Origin: Pseudomonadota bacterium
Lineage (GTDB): Bacteria > Bdellovibrionota_G > JALEGL01 > DATDPG01
Assembly (NCBI GenBank): GCA_043809315.1
Contig: JAZDDX010000020.1
Span: 32,001 to 96,000, forward strand
DNA length: 64,000 bases
Direction: 5' to 3'
A model generated the notes under the pieces. The model worked only from the letters and a program-made list of their open reading frames with translations, made no database searches and was not told where the DNA came from. A program made the position numbers and the translations under genes. Shown in pieces: positions 8,592 to 20,014 of this stretch. Position 1 is the first letter of the stretch. Each line of letters opens with the position of its first letter.

Positions 8592-10634
8592 ATGGAGAAT
8601 AAAGGGTTCAAGCCGTTCGTACCTTCTGATTCGAAGATGTCGGAATTCACGATCACCGCGCTGGTCCTCGGCTTGGTCATGACCGTGATCCTGGGCGCGG
8701 CCAACGCGTACCTAGGCCTGAAGGCCGGAATGACGATTGCAGCGACGTATCCAGCAGCCGTCATCAGCATGGCGGTGCTCCGCTTCTTTAAAGGGTCGAT
8801 CCTCGAGGAAAACTTCGCTCGAACCGTCGGTTCGATCGGGGAATCGGTGGCGGCCGGGGCGATCTTCACGATCCCCGCCTTCGCGATCCTCGGTCTCTGG
8901 AAATTCGACGGCGTAAAAGACTACCTCAGCGCCACGGCGCTCATGGTAGTCGGCAGCATCCTCGGAATCCTTTTCGTTACGATCCTCCGCCGCGTGATGG
9001 TGGAAGACCCGGATCTCAAATACCCGGAGTCGGTCGCAGCTTCCGAGATCCACAAGGCCGGGCAAAAAGGTGGGGCGGCGGCAAACCAGCTGTTCCAGGC
9101 AATGGGAGTGGGGGCATTCATCCAACTCCTGGCTCAGATGAACTTCTTCGTAGCCTCGAAGGACTTCCTCCTCCGTGTCGGTGAAATGGGCACAAGTTTC
9201 GTTCGCCTGGGAGCGAAGAAGACAGCGTTTCCGGTGGAAGCGGGGGGGGTCACGAGCTTCTCCGCCCCCGCCGTTTCGCCTGCCTATTTCGGCGTCGGTT
9301 ACATCATCGGCCCGGAACTGGGCTCCCTGAACTTCGCCGGCAGCCTTCTCGCATGGGGTCTTATGATCCCGATGTTGATCTTCTTCCTCGGGCCGAATGT
9401 CATTGACGGCTTCGCGAAGGCACAGGGGATGAATCCGGCCGATCTCGGAACGTGGGCGAGTCTCACAACCGCGGTCTGGAAGTTCATCGTCCGTCCGATC
9501 GCGGTGGGCGGAATGATGGTCGGTGCCTGCTACACCCTCTTCAAGATGAGAAAGAACCTCGGCGCGGGACTCAAACGAGCGGTCGGGGATCTCAAGAAAT
9601 CGGCGGAAGCGAAAGCGACCACCATCCGGATCGACCAAGACATCGATTTCAAAACGGTCATGTTCGCGATGATCGCGGTCTTCGCCGCGATGGTGGCGAT
9701 CTACTTTTACTTCGCCGGATCGATCGGAGGCGCTTTTGCGGCCGCGATCGTCATGTTGATCACCGGCTTCTTCTTCGCGGCGGTCTCGGGGACCCTGGTC
9801 GGCATGATCGGGTCGTCGAACAACCCGGTCTCGGGCTTAACGCTCTCGACGCTGATCATTGCGGCGGGGGTGATCGTCATGATCGGCCTGACGGGGGACC
9901 AAGGGATCCTGGCCGTACTCGGAGTCGCGAGCGTCGGCTGCGTCTCAGCCGCGGTGGCCGGCGAGATGCTTCAGGACTTGAAGGTCGGGCACATTCTGGG
10001 AGGAACTCCCAAGAAGATGCAGATCGGCGACCTGATCGGCGCCGTGGTGGCTTCCGCCGTCATGTTCTACCCGCTGATGATCCTCCACAAGTCGAACATC
10101 GCCATGGGCGGGATCGGCTTCGGCGACAAAGCGCTTCCGGCTCCTCAGGCCGGTCTGATGGCGACCCTTTCTTCGGGTATCGTCGGCGGTCAGATGGCTT
10201 GGCCGCTCGTCGTGGCCGGAATCGCGATGGGAATCGCGATGATCATGGTCAAGGTCCGAAGCCCGATGCTCTTTTCCGTCGGGATGTACCTGCCGGTCGA
10301 GACCACCTTCGCGATCTTCGTCGGCGGCCTGATCCGTTGGGGGACCGATTCCCTGGGGAAACGGCGGAAGTACAACGAAGCCCAGAGAACCCGCGTGGAG
10401 AACACCGGGATTCTCGTCGCCTCCGGTTTGATCGCTGGCGAGGCGTTGATGGGACTTCTGGTCGCCACGGTCGTCTTCTGGCGCGACAAACCGTTCTGGA
10501 CACAGGGGATCTACGAGCCATCCGGGATTCTGGCGATGCTCGTCGCCGCGGTTCTAGCGGCGTATTTGATCTTCCGTCCGCTCGGCAAGGCCGGCGCAGC
10601 GGATGAGCCGCCTCCGCCGCAGGCGATCATGTAG
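8592..10634 (+). CDS. OPT family oligopeptide transporter
   Basis: [42 protein letters not shown] and PAPQA motifs; many TMs; AGGAG RBS before ATG 8592. Confidence 0.95.
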   Translation: MENKGFKPFVPSDSKMSEFTITALVLGLVMTVILGAANAYLGLKAGMTIAATYPAAVISMAVLRFFKGSILEENFARTVGSIGESVAAGAIFTIPAFAILGLWKFDGVKDYLSATALMVVGSILGILFVTILRRVMVEDPDLKYPESVAASEIHKAGQKGGAAANQLFQAMGVGAFIQLLAQMNFFVASKDFLLRVGEMGTSFVRLGAKKTAFPVEAGGVTSFSAPAVSPAYFGVGYIIGPELGSLNFAGSLLAWGLMIPMLIFFLGPNVIDGFAKAQGMNPADLGTWASLTTAVWKFIVRPIAVGGMMVGACYTLFKMRKNLGAGLKRAVGDLKKSAEAKATTIRIDQDIDFKTVMFAMIAVFAAMVAIYFYFAGSIGGAFAAAIVMLITGFFFAAVSGTLVGMIGSSNNPVSGLTLSTLIIAAGVIVMIGLTGDQGILAVLGVASVGCVSAAVAGEMLQDLKVGHILGGTPKKMQIGDLIGAVVASAVMFYPLMILHKSNIAMGGIGFGDKALPAPQAGLMATLSSGIVGGQMAWPLVVAGIAMGIAMIMVKVRSPMLFSVGMYLPVETTFAIFVGGLIRWGTDSLGKRRKYNEAQRTRVENTGILVASGLIAGEALMGLLVATVVFWRDKPFWTQGIYEPSGILAMLVAAVLAAYLIFRPLGKAGAADEPPPPQAIM

Positions 10635-10651
10635 CGCCGGAGTGGCGTTGC

Positions 10652-12265
10652 GTGGCTGAATTCATCTTCCGGGACCCGTTTCCGACGGGTCCCGGAACTA
10701 CACGGTACCGCCTCCTCACGAAGGATCATCTTTCGGTCGTAGTGTTTGAAGGGATGGAGATCCTCAGGGTCGAACCGGAGGGGTTGAGACTTCTCGCCCG
10801 GGAAGCGTTCCGGGACGTTTCGTTCCTCCTCCGCTCCTCTCACCTTCAACAGATCGCCGCCATCCTCGAAGACCCGGAAGCGTCGGACAACGACCGCGCC
10901 GTAGCGATGGTCATGCTCCGGAATGCGGAGGTCGCCTCCCAATTCGTCCTCCCGTTCTGTCAGGACACCGGCACCGCCACAGTGATCGCCAAGAAGGGGC
11001 AGCAGATCTGGACGAAAGGGAGCGACGAAGAGCCGATTTCGCAGGGGATCTTCGACACGTATCAGAACGAGAACCTCCGTTATTCCCAGACCGTGCCGCT
11101 CGACATGTACGAGGAGAAGAACTCCGGCACGAACCTCCCGGCCCAGATCGACCTCTTCGCGACCGGCGGGATGAAGTACGAATTCCTGTTCGTCGCAAAA
11201 GGGGGAGGATCGGCCAACAAGACCTCCCTCTTTCAGGAGACCAAGGCGGTCTTAACCCCCGAGAGTCTGGAGCGGTTCCTCACCGCCAAGATGAAGACGC
11301 TCGGCACGGCGGCCTGTCCTCCGTACCATCTCGCGTTCGCGATCGGCGGAACGTCGGCGGATCAGACGCTCAAAACCGTGAAGCTCGCGACGACCGGCTT
11401 CTACGATCATCTTCCGACGTCGGGGGATGATTTCGGTCACGCGTTTCGCGATCCGGAACTCGAGGCAAAACTACTGACCGCCGCACAGAAGAGCGGAATC
11501 GGCGCCCAATTCGGCGGGAAGTACTTCGTTCTCGACGTCCGCGTCATCCGCCTTCCCCGGCACGGCGCCTCCTGTCCGATCGGCATGGCGGTTTCCTGTG
11601 TCGCCGACCGGAACGTGAAGGGGAAGATTGACCGCGACGGAATCTGGCTCGAAGAGTTGGAACGAAACCCGGGGCGTTTGATTCCGGAGAAACTCCGGGG
11701 AAGACAGGGCCACACCGCCGTCAAGATCGACCTTGCGCGCCCGATGGATGAGATCCGGGCCGAGTTGACTCGACACCCGATCCGAACGCTTTTGTCCCTC
11801 ACCGGAACCCTGATCGTCGCACGCGACATCGCGCATGCGAAGATCAAGGAACGGCTCGATCAGGGGAAGGGGTTGCCCCCGTACTTCAAGAATCACCCGA
11901 TCTATTACGCGGGCCCGGCCAAAACTCCGAAAGGGATGCCATCCGGATCGTTCGGACCGACCACGGCGGGGCGGATGGATGCGTACGTCGATCTCTTCCA
12001 GTCCCACGGCGGATCGCTCGTCATGATCGCCAAAGGAAACCGGAGCCAGGCGGTGACCGACGCCTGCAAGAAACATGGGGGGTTCTATCTCGGTTCGATC
12101 GGGGGCCCCGCGGCTCTCTTAGCCCAAGAGCACATCAAAAAGGTCGAACTCCTGGAGTATCCCGAGCTGGGGATGGAGGCGATCTACAAGATTGAGGTCG
12201 TCGATTTTCCGACGTTCATCCTCGTCGACGACAAAGGGAACGATTTCTTCGCTTCCTACTTCTGA
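10652..12265 (+). CDS. fumA: Fumarate hydratase, class I (Fe-S)
   Basis: [28 protein letters not shown] and GPTTAGRM motifs. Confidence 0.96.
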   Translation: MAEFIFRDPFPTGPGTTRYRLLTKDHLSVVVFEGMEILRVEPEGLRLLAREAFRDVSFLLRSSHLQQIAAILEDPEASDNDRAVAMVMLRNAEVASQFVLPFCQDTGTATVIAKKGQQIWTKGSDEEPISQGIFDTYQNENLRYSQTVPLDMYEEKNSGTNLPAQIDLFATGGMKYEFLFVAKGGGSANKTSLFQETKAVLTPESLERFLTAKMKTLGTAACPPYHLAFAIGGTSADQTLKTVKLATTGFYDHLPTSGDDFGHAFRDPELEAKLLTAAQKSGIGAQFGGKYFVLDVRVIRLPRHGASCPIGMAVSCVADRNVKGKIDRDGIWLEELERNPGRLIPEKLRGRQGHTAVKIDLARPMDEIRAELTRHPIRTLLSLTGTLIVARDIAHAKIKERLDQGKGLPPYFKNHPIYYAGPAKTPKGMPSGSFGPTTAGRMDAYVDLFQSHGGSLVMIAKGNRSQAVTDACKKHGGFYLGSIGGPAALLAQEHIKKVELLEYPELGMEAIYKIEVVDFPTFILVDDKGNDFFASYF

Positions 12266-13881
12266 CAGGCGACGCGAACCTGACCGATCTTCGAACTGTC
12301 GGCCTCGGACCAGGTGGCGCACAACTTTCCGCCGTACGAGAAGAGCGGTGAACCCCCCGAGTCGTGGGTCGGATCGGCGTTCAACCCGTTGCTCCCGCCA
12401 CCGTCCGCGTTGGACCAGAGAGGGGTGCCTCCGGTTCCGTTGAACAGCCGGACCCGCGTTTGCCAAAACCCCGCCGCGTTCTGCTCGAAAATTGACGCGT
12501 ACAACTTCGAGGCCACCACCGTCATCCGGGGGCCGATCGCCTTGGCCGAGGTGTCCTTGTTAATTCCCTTGTCGGCGTCGTTCCCGTCAACGAATGTCCA
12601 ACTCGGGGAGGCGTCGTTCCCGTTGTACGAAGCGATCCTCACCTGATCCGCTGGCGAAGTGGACACGAACGGCTCGGTCCACCCCGCATACATGACCCCG
12701 CCAAGGTCAACCAGGTCGACGAACCGCGCCGCACGCGTGCCGACGCGATTAAGACCGGTCGCCGACACATCTACCGAGGTCCAGGATGGGGCGCTGTCGT
12801 CGCCGCCATATTTTTTGACCCGGACATGGAACAATCCATCGGCTGCTTTCTCCTCCCACCCCACGTAGAGCTTGGAGTTTACGACGGCGATCGCCGGGAT
12901 CACTGCGACCTTGGTCACGTCGTAATTGATCCCAAGATTGTCTGGAGTCGTTTTCTCAATATACTTCCAACTAGTTCCGTTATAGACCGCCACGCGGATC
13001 TGCCAGACGTCGCCCGAACTCGAATGGTCATCAGTCTGGTTGTCGTCTTCCACCCAGGCCACGTACAATTTGTTGTTGAAGACGGTCATGACCGGGAGCT
13101 CGGCTCCGTCTGCGAGCGGGAACCAGTTCATCCCCACCCCACCGGAAGTCTGGGCTGCAGAAACGCTCGTCCAGGATGTTCCGTCGAACTTCTTCACATA
13201 GACCCAGCCCGAACGGTCTTTCGGCCCTTCCTCCCAAATGGCATAGAGGTTGGAGTTCCACGTCGCGAGCTTCGGGACGCGTGCATCGATGGTGAGCCCG
13301 ACGTTGATCCCGCCGCCGTCGACAAAAGTCCAACCTGGGTTGCTTGTATCGCCGTTAAATTGAGCGACACGGACCTGGTTATCGAGGACGCCCGGATCCG
13401 TTCCGGCATGTTCCATCCAGGCGACGTAAAGTTTGGTCCCGTTCACACCGGGGAACGGGAAGATGGCCCCATGAGAGCCGTCCTTGTTGAGGCCGGTGGC
13501 GGAACCGTCGATCAACTGCCACCCCCCGGAATAGGTGAAACCGCCGGTCAACTTCACCGACTGATTGTCCAGATTCGTGACCGCCACGTCGACCAGGGAA
13601 TCGTAGGGAACCGGATAGGCCGCTGTCGTGCAGCCGATTTCGGTCTCCGAGATGACGGTACGCGAACTGCACGGCACGCCCCCCAAGGTCACGGTCGCAC
13701 CACGCAGAAAACCGGTCCCGGTGATCGTCGTGGCAACCCCACCGACCGACGTTCCGAATGCCGGTGAAATCGCCGTGACCGTGAGCGACCCCGATGTTTT
13801 CGAGCAGGTCGACACCGCGACGGCGGAGAAGAGAACCAGGACGAGCAGGCATACGAGACCGCTGGCGGTAAGTCTTTTCAT
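12256..13881 (-). CDS. Exported IPT/TIG domain protein with a seven-repeat beta-propeller-like region
   Basis: Hydrophobic N-terminus; ISPAFG..GG...TITGTGF IPT motif; seven repeats of W..vd....G.N......P......kLYvaW.E....qvRV. Confidence 0.85.
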   Translation of the reverse strand: MKRLTASGLVCLLVLVLFSAVAVSTCSKTSGSLTVTAISPAFGTSVGGVATTITGTGFLRGATVTLGGVPCSSRTVISETEIGCTTAAYPVPYDSLVDVAVTNLDNQSVKLTGGFTYSGGWQLIDGSATGLNKDGSHGAIFPFPGVNGTKLYVAWMEHAGTDPGVLDNQVRVAQFNGDTSNPGWTFVDGGGINVGLTIDARVPKLATWNSNLYAIWEEGPKDRSGWVYVKKFDGTSWTSVSAAQTSGGVGMNWFPLADGAELPVMTVFNNKLYVAWVEDDNQTDDHSSSGDVWQIRVAVYNGTSWKYIEKTTPDNLGINYDVTKVAVIPAIAVVNSKLYVGWEEKAADGLFHVRVKKYGGDDSAPSWTSVDVSATGLNRVGTRAARFVDLVDLGGVMYAGWTEPFVSTSPADQVRIASYNGNDASPSWTFVDGNDADKGINKDTSAKAIGPRMTVVASKLYASIFEQNAAGFWQTRVRLFNGTGGTPLWSNADGGGSNGLNADPTHDSGGSPLFSYGGKLCATWSEADSSKIGQVRVACQK

Positions 13882-13934
13882 GAGGTGCGTTGGTTGATTG
13901 TAGCGCACCGCGTTCACTGTGGAAAGGGCCTTGC

Positions 13935-14543
13935 TTAGGAGCCTTCGAAGTGGACGATCAACCCGCTTCCGGAGGGAAGAGTGACCGGCTCGTCCCCGCG
14001 GAGCCAGACATTAGCGGCCGAAGAAGCTGCACCCACGGCCGCCCCCGCGACAGCACCGGCGGCGACACCGATCAGAGCCCCCTCCCATCCGTGAGAGAGA
14101 CCTCCGATGAGCCCGCCGCTCACCGCTCCGACTCCGGCGCCGATCGCGGCCCCCTTCCCCATCTCTTTCATGTACCGAGCCGTGGAAGGCGTCACAGCGA
14201 TCTGCCCCGTCTGATTCGAGTTGATCTTGACCGGCTGGACCCCTTTGTCCGTCTTGAGTTCCCCGAACGAAGGGGCGAAGAGGACTTTGTTCCCGTCGGT
14301 GATGAAGTATCCCCGGATCTTGCTGTCGATCAAAAGCTGTGTGCCGTCGGTCAGCGTGACCGGCCCGGCCAGCTTCACGACGACCGGACCTTCCGCGGCG
14401 GCGGTGTTGAGCGCTGAATCGAGGAAGACCGGGATCTGCTTCTCACGGAAGAACGGCCCGTCCGGGTTCTCCCGGATCAATTTTGGCCCGGAACAACCCA
14501 ACACAAGAAGACTGACCGCTAACCAGAGCCATTTCGTTCGCAT
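13935..14543 (-). CDS. Lipoprotein with glycine-zipper motif
   Basis: Lipobox LVLGC; GAAIGAGVGAVSGGLIGG...GALIGVAAGAVAGAAVG; GGAG RBS. Confidence 0.85.
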   Translation of the reverse strand: MRTKWLWLAVSLLVLGCSGPKLIRENPDGPFFREKQIPVFLDSALNTAAAEGPVVVKLAGPVTLTDGTQLLIDSKIRGYFITDGNKVLFAPSFGELKTDKGVQPVKINSNQTGQIAVTPSTARYMKEMGKGAAIGAGVGAVSGGLIGGLSHGWEGALIGVAAGAVAGAAVGAASSAANVWLRGDEPVTLPSGSGLIVHFEGS

Positions 14544-14552
14544 TCTCTCCCC

Positions 14553-15104
14553 CTACTTGTTCCGTTTTTCGTACGTTCCGATCATCTGGGTTTGGGCCAG
14601 GATCGATCCGGCCATCGCCTTCTCGAGATCTTTTTTCGTGGGAAGGCGGATGCCGGTCAGCCTCTTCGAGAGAGCGTACAGCTTGAAGTAGTACCGATGC
14701 CGGCCGATCGGCGGGCAGGGGCCCCCGTACCCGGTGTTCCCCCAGTCGTTGATCCCCTCCTCGGTTCCTTGGGGCAGTTCCTTCATCGCGACCCCCTCCT
14801 TCAGAGCCTGCGTACCGGTCGGAAGGTTGTAGAGAATCCAGTGGACCCAGGTCATCTTCGGAGCCCTTGGGTCGGGCGCGTCGGGATCGTCGACGATCAG
14901 CGCGTACGCCATCGTCCCCTTGGGCGGATCGTACCAGGAAAGGGCGGGAGAGAGATCCTCCCCTTCGCACGTGTACTTCGACGGGATTTCTTTCTCATGC
15001 GTGAATGCGGTCGATTTGATCGTAAAGGCCATGGCGGTTCCTCCGGTTGAGGCTCCAGGCAACCACCCCAAAATGAAAGTCACAACAAAAATCATCACAC
15101 CCAC
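14553..15104 (-). CDS. YbhB/YbcL (PEBP / Raf kinase inhibitor-like) protein
   Basis: DDPDAP, WVHW and YGGPCPP.G.HRYYF motifs; alternative start at 15032. Confidence 0.93.
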   Translation of the reverse strand: MGVMIFVVTFILGWLPGASTGGTAMAFTIKSTAFTHEKEIPSKYTCEGEDLSPALSWYDPPKGTMAYALIVDDPDAPDPRAPKMTWVHWILYNLPTGTQALKEGVAMKELPQGTEEGINDWGNTGYGGPCPPIGRHRYYFKLYALSKRLTGIRLPTKKDLEKAMAGSILAQTQMIGTYEKRNK

Positions 15105-15137
15105 AAGGCGGGAGAATCCCCCCCCGCAGGCTCGGCG

Positions 15138-17108
15138 TCAATTGGCCGACGCAAACTCGCCGGCTTCCGCGATCAGGTTGGTATAAAGACCGTCCGTCTC
15201 CTTCACCACCACGTATCCCCCATTGGTTCTCACGTTATCGAGAAGATAGAGGAACCAGGCAGCGCGTCGACCGTTGCCCGACTGTACCCACGCTGGGATG
15301 CGTCGCCGGAATTCCCACATAAATTTTTCCGGAGACATCACTTCGTTGAACTTCCGACGGATCGCCTCTTTGAGGACCGAAGCGAAGATCCCCTTCGGAG
15401 TCGTTCCTTTGCCGAAGCCGAGCTTTCTCAGGTAGTCGATGCAAGGATCGGGTCCCGGCAGCAACGCATCCACACTCCACATCTTTTCCCAACCGAACGT
15501 CGTCAATAGGTCGCGGGAATACATCCTCTGGCTGAACAGACAGGCGTTATAGAAGTCGGTGAAGTGGATCACGGCCTTCGGCATCGTTCCCACATCTTTT
15601 TCCAGAACGAGTCCGAGATCGCTCGCTTTCGGGTGAGCCGGATCGATTTCCGTCCCGTCCGGGCCCGTCGAAACGGAAGGGCTCTTCTTTCCGTTGTACG
15701 AAGGGTCGTCCCGGACCAACTCGAACGGCTCCAGCGTGATCATCGAATCGATGTAAAGGTACGAAAGGACCTGCCGGTCGTAATCCTTTCCTCGTTCGTC
15801 GCTGAGTTTCGGTTCCAGGACCGCCTTCTGATCGCTGGTGGGGCCGAGGTAGGAGTCGTACTCGCCCCCTCGGAAGTTATCGACCCCTCCCAACACGTGG
15901 AGAAGCTCGTGCAGGAACGTCCTTCGGATCCTCCGGATCAGGAGTTCCGACGGGTATTTCTTCTCGAACTCCGCTTTGTAGGCCGAGAAGAAAATCTCGA
16001 TGTCGGCGTCCTGGATCTCCCCCGTGGCCGGGTCGACGTACAGGTGAGTCTGCGCGTAGCCGTTGTTCCCTTCTTTCCGCTCGGAGAACCGGATCGTGTG
16101 CGTGGCGTACTCCGCCATCGGTGCGTCGCTGGTCGACCCGAAACGCATCAACGGGGTATCGGACGTGGTGATCTTTAGCTCGCTCGCCACTCGGTTCAGG
16201 TAGCCGATCACCTGCTTCATCATCTCCTGGTAGTCGGCCGGCAGATTCGAGTTCGGACGGAGAACGATCGGGAACTTTTCGCGATCCCACCGGGTGAGAA
16301 CGAATTTGCGGGTCCCCTCTCTTCCGATGTCGATGTACCCCGTTCCCAGCGTGTCGTCGGCAATCGGCGTGAAACTCTCGTTCGGAAAAAGCGGATGCTG
16401 ATTGAGATCTTCTTTGGATACAAAACGATCGCTCCCGGCCGGGGGCTCCGACGTACGAGGAATCATCATCCGCTCGACCTCCACGGGTGCTTGAAGAGGG
16501 GGCGGGGGTTCTTTGCGCGGAGGTTCACTCTTCGGCTTCGGAACTGGTTTCGTCCCTTTCCGGATTTCGAGATTGGGATCTTTTCTCGGTTTTGACGGTT
16601 CCGGCGCCTTCGGTTTCGTCGGACTCGGTTCTTTCTTCGGCTCTTCCTTTTTCGGAATCGTCACCTTGAACGGTTCGCTGGGCGGGCTCTCCTTTTTCTT
16701 CGAGTCGACCGCGACGACGTAGACGTAGAAAACGTCGGCCCCGTCCGGCGGAGAAACGATCGCTTCCGATTTCCCGTCGACCTGTCTTTGGGCATCGTGC
16801 AGGTCGAACTCCGTCACGTCGTCTCGAGTTTCGACAAAGATGTAGAAGGAGAGATCTTCGACTGCGACATCTGAATCGGACGGAAGCTCCCAGGTCACGC
16901 GGTACTCGTTGCCCGATTTCTCCACATCGGTGATGACCGGGGCCGGGGGAGTCGGCTTCTTGGGATTCTCCTCAATGACGATGACCGTCGGCGTGGCGGT
17001 GGGGATAGATTCCACCGCTGACTCGTTCGTCTTGGTTTGTGTGCAGGCGGCCATCGACAGCAGACCCGCCACAAGGAACCAAGTGAGCCGTTTTTCCGAA
17101 GACACCAT
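15138..17108 (-). CDS. Lipoprotein with FN3-like domain, Pro/Lys-rich linker and zincin metallopeptidase-like domain
   Basis: Lipobox-like SMAAC; VTW...Y.V.AVD...ES.PS FN3-like pattern; DADIEI and FLHELLHVLGGVD (HExxHxxGxxD). Confidence 0.78.
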   Translation of the reverse strand: MVSSEKRLTWFLVAGLLSMAACTQTKTNESAVESIPTATPTVIVIEENPKKPTPPAPVITDVEKSGNEYRVTWELPSDSDVAVEDLSFYIFVETRDDVTEFDLHDAQRQVDGKSEAIVSPPDGADVFYVYVVAVDSKKKESPPSEPFKVTIPKKEEPKKEPSPTKPKAPEPSKPRKDPNLEIRKGTKPVPKPKSEPPRKEPPPPLQAPVEVERMMIPRTSEPPAGSDRFVSKEDLNQHPLFPNESFTPIADDTLGTGYIDIGREGTRKFVLTRWDREKFPIVLRPNSNLPADYQEMMKQVIGYLNRVASELKITTSDTPLMRFGSTSDAPMAEYATHTIRFSERKEGNNGYAQTHLYVDPATGEIQDADIEIFFSAYKAEFEKKYPSELLIRRIRRTFLHELLHVLGGVDNFRGGEYDSYLGPTSDQKAVLEPKLSDERGKDYDRQVLSYLYIDSMITLEPFELVRDDPSYNGKKSPSVSTGPDGTEIDPAHPKASDLGLVLEKDVGTMPKAVIHFTDFYNACLFSQRMYSRDLLTTFGWEKMWSVDALLPGPDPCIDYLRKLGFGKGTTPKGIFASVLKEAIRRKFNEVMSPEKFMWEFRRRIPAWVQSGNGRRAAWFLYLLDNVRTNGGYVVVKETDGLYTNLIAEAGEFASAN

Positions 17109-17123
17109 CCCGGAAAGAATCAG

Positions 17124-17139
17124 AGCAAGAACGGTACCA
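17124..17139 (-). promoter_or_regulatory. Sigma54-type promoter for the metallopeptidase lipoprotein
   Basis: Minus strand TGGTAC-CGTTC-TTGCT (GG-N10-GC); a second overlapping near-match TGGCAC-GAATC-TTGGT at 17136-17151. Confidence 0.6.
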
Positions 17140-17216
17140 AGATTCGTGCCAGTAAATACGGGGAGTTAGGCGTTCTCGGGGTGCCGAACGGACGTCTCTG
17201 TGTTACAAAATCCCCC

Positions 17217-17780
17217 ATGAGAACTGCCGTACCGCTGGAAAAGAGCTACCTCCTGTTGAACCACGGCCCGACCGTCATGGTCTCGGCCCTGCATGCCGGA
17301 AAAGCGAACATCATGTCGGCAGCCTGGGTGATGCCGATCGATTTCGATCCCCCCAAGGTGGCGGTGGTCATTGGAGGAGACACGAAGACGAGAGGACTGA
17401 TCGGTGAATCGCGCGAATTCGTCCTGAACATCCCCTCATCCGAGCAGGCCGATCTGGCGTTCACGGTCGGTCGAACGAGCGGCGCGGAGGTCGATAAATT
17501 TACAAAATTCGGGATCAAGACCTTCGCCGGATCGAAGGTCGCCGCCCCTCTCGTCGAGGGGTGTCTCGGCTGGCTCGAGTGCCGTGTGATCCAAGAGCCC
17601 AGGATGGCGAAAGAGTACGACCTGATTCTCGGCGAGGTGCTGTCCGCATGGGTTGAGAAAGAGTTGTTCGGTGAAGACGGCTGGAAATTCGACCCGAAAC
17701 GGCCGGCGACACTCCATCATTTGGGAAGCGGCCGGTTCGCCGTCCCTTCCCGGACGCTGACCGCAACCAAGCTTCGCTAA
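17217..17780 (+). CDS. Flavin reductase family protein
   Basis: [31 protein letters not shown] and [15 protein letters not shown] motifs; start reassigned to ATG 17217. Confidence 0.92.
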   Translation: MRTAVPLEKSYLLLNHGPTVMVSALHAGKANIMSAAWVMPIDFDPPKVAVVIGGDTKTRGLIGESREFVLNIPSSEQADLAFTVGRTSGAEVDKFTKFGIKTFAGSKVAAPLVEGCLGWLECRVIQEPRMAKEYDLILGEVLSAWVEKELFGEDGWKFDPKRPATLHHLGSGRFAVPSRTLTATKLR

Positions 17781-19294
17781 CTCAGTTTTTTCCAACGACG
17801 TCCGTCACGAAAGAGAAGTTGCTCCGCTTCCGCCGGTCCGTCGCTTCCCGGTTCGTACTCGATCAACGGCGCTTTCGGATCCTTCTCCCAGGCATCGAGC
17901 ATCGGGGTCACGAAATCCCATGACGCCTCGACGCCGTCCCGACGCGAAAAGAGCGTCTGATCCCCTTTCATGCAATCGAGCAGAAGGCGCTCGTACGCCT
18001 CCGAGAGGGGACGTCCGAACGCCCGGGCGTAATCCATGCTCATCGAAACGGTCCCGACGGAAAGATGGTTTCCGGGGACCTTCGCCGCGAACGTCATGCT
18101 GATCCCCTCGTTCGGTTGGATCCGGAGGGTCAAGACGTTCGGCTCAACCAGCTGACAAGCCTCCTTCTCGCCAAAGAGACAAAGCGGGATCGGCTGAAAC
18201 TGAATCGACAGCTCGGTCGCGCGTTTTCCCAGATTCTTCCCGGACCGCAGATAGAACGGCACCCCCTGCCATCGCCAGTTGTCGATCATCACCTTCATCG
18301 CGGCGAACGTCGGCGTCCGCGAGTCACGGGAGACCCCCTCCTCTTCCCGATATCCGAGATACTGCCCGTGGACGATCTGTGAATTTGCTCCATCGTACGA
18401 CAGGGGGCGCAGAGACCGGAACAGTTGAACCTTCTCGTCCCGGATGGCGTCCGCATGAAACGAGACCGGTGGCTCCATGGCGGTCAGGGCGAGAAGCTCC
18501 AGAAGGTGGTTCTGCACCACGTCCCGGACGACCCCGGCCCGGTCATAGAACGACCCGCGGTGCTCCACGCCGATCGTTTCCGCCGCCGTGATCTGGACGT
18601 GGTCGACATATTTCCGGTTCCAGAGATGTTCGAAAATCGCGTTCCCGAAACGGAAGACCAAGATGTTCCGCACCGTCTCTTTCCCTAAGTAGTGATCGAT
18701 CCGAAACGTCTGACTCTCGTCGAGCCACCCTGCCGTCAAGCGGTTGAGTTCGCGAGCGGAGGTGAGGTCGTGCCCGAACGGTTTTTCGATGATCACGCGG
18801 GACCACGGCTCCCCCCCGGGAGGAACGATCAGGCGGTTGGCGACGAGATTCTTGAGGATGACCGGGAAGAGATCGGGGGGCGTAGCCAGATAAAAGATGC
18901 GGTTCCCTCCAGCCAAACGTTCGCCCAGCTTTCGGTAGAGATCGGCCACAGCATAATCCCCCTGGACATAGTCGAACTCGGAAGCGAGCGAATCCCAGGC
19001 TTTCCGATCGATCGGCTGCCGACGGGAATGCTGGCCGGCTGCACGGAGCAGCTCCTTCCGCCACTCTTGGACGGTCATTCGGGTGCGTCCCACCCCCGTG
19101 ACGTGGAACGGATCGGGGAGTGTCCCGTCCGCTTTCAAGTTGTAAAGCGCAGGGACCAGCTTTCGTCCGGTTAGATCCCCAGACGCCCCAAAGATCACCA
19201 GCGAGCAGGGCTCCGGATTCTTCTCCTTTAGAACAGGCACACCAGGAAGCTCCGAGGCGCGGACACCGAAATGAAGTCGATCGCGATCTTCCAT
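17777..19294 (-). CDS. zwf: Glucose-6-phosphate 1-dehydrogenase
   Basis: [25 protein letters not shown] and RWQGVPF motifs. Confidence 0.97.
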   Translation of the reverse strand: MEDRDRLHFGVRASELPGVPVLKEKNPEPCSLVIFGASGDLTGRKLVPALYNLKADGTLPDPFHVTGVGRTRMTVQEWRKELLRAAGQHSRRQPIDRKAWDSLASEFDYVQGDYAVADLYRKLGERLAGGNRIFYLATPPDLFPVILKNLVANRLIVPPGGEPWSRVIIEKPFGHDLTSARELNRLTAGWLDESQTFRIDHYLGKETVRNILVFRFGNAIFEHLWNRKYVDHVQITAAETIGVEHRGSFYDRAGVVRDVVQNHLLELLALTAMEPPVSFHADAIRDEKVQLFRSLRPLSYDGANSQIVHGQYLGYREEEGVSRDSRTPTFAAMKVMIDNWRWQGVPFYLRSGKNLGKRATELSIQFQPIPLCLFGEKEACQLVEPNVLTLRIQPNEGISMTFAAKVPGNHLSVGTVSMSMDYARAFGRPLSEAYERLLLDCMKGDQTLFSRRDGVEASWDFVTPMLDAWEKDPKAPLIEYEPGSDGPAEAEQLLFRDGRRWKKLS

Positions 19295-19297
19295 GGT

Positions 19298-20014
19298 TCA
19301 CCCTTTCGAACTTTTCTTGAGCAACCGTGCCGCCATCTGATCGAGGAACCAGACGGACTCGTCCGGTTCGATCTTGATCCGCCCGACCGGAAACGCGGCC
19401 GCTTCGACAGATCTTTCGAACAGCTTTGCAACGGTCTCCGCTTTGTCTTTCCCCGAGACGAGAAGGAAGACCTTCCGAGCTGAATTCAGGATCGGGAGGG
19501 TCATCGTGATCCGGACGGCCCCCGAAGGGGATTTGGCGGGTGCGACCCAACGCTTCGTTTCGGAAAGGAGATCGCTCCCCGGGAACAGGGAGGCGGTGTG
19601 TCCGTCGGCTCCCATCCCGAGGAGAACGAGATCGAATTGGGGTCTGGATCCGAGGGACCGGCGGATCTCCATTTCGTAGTCTCGAGCGACCTGATCCGGA
19701 TCCCCGTGCTCCGTCTTCATCCGGTGAATCCTGTCGTCGGGGATCCCCCCTTTTCCAAACCAGGCCTCCGACACCATCCGGAAGTTGGATTCGGGGTGAT
19801 CGGGTGGAACAAAGCGCTCGTCGCCGAAGAAAAAATCGACCCGATCCCACCCCGTACGTTCGGAAAGGAGTTCGTACAGGCGACGCGGCGTCGACCCCCC
19901 TGCCAGGACCAGAGAGGCTTTTCCCCGGAGACGGGCCCCCTCCAAACAAAACCGGGCGACCTCTTCCGAAGCCGCCCGGCTTAAACGTTCGAGATCCGGA
20001 AAGACCCGAATCAT
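19298..20014 (-). CDS. pgl: 6-phosphogluconolactonase
   Basis: LAGGSTP, GDERFVP..H..SN and LGMGADGHTASLFP motifs; ATG 20014 overlaps the pepD stop. Confidence 0.95.
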   Translation of the reverse strand: MIRVFPDLERLSRAASEEVARFCLEGARLRGKASLVLAGGSTPRRLYELLSERTGWDRVDFFFGDERFVPPDHPESNFRMVSEAWFGKGGIPDDRIHRMKTEHGDPDQVARDYEMEIRRSLGSRPQFDLVLLGMGADGHTASLFPGSDLLSETKRWVAPAKSPSGAVRITMTLPILNSARKVFLLVSGKDKAETVAKLFERSVEAAAFPVGRIKIEPDESVWFLDQMAARLLKKSSKG

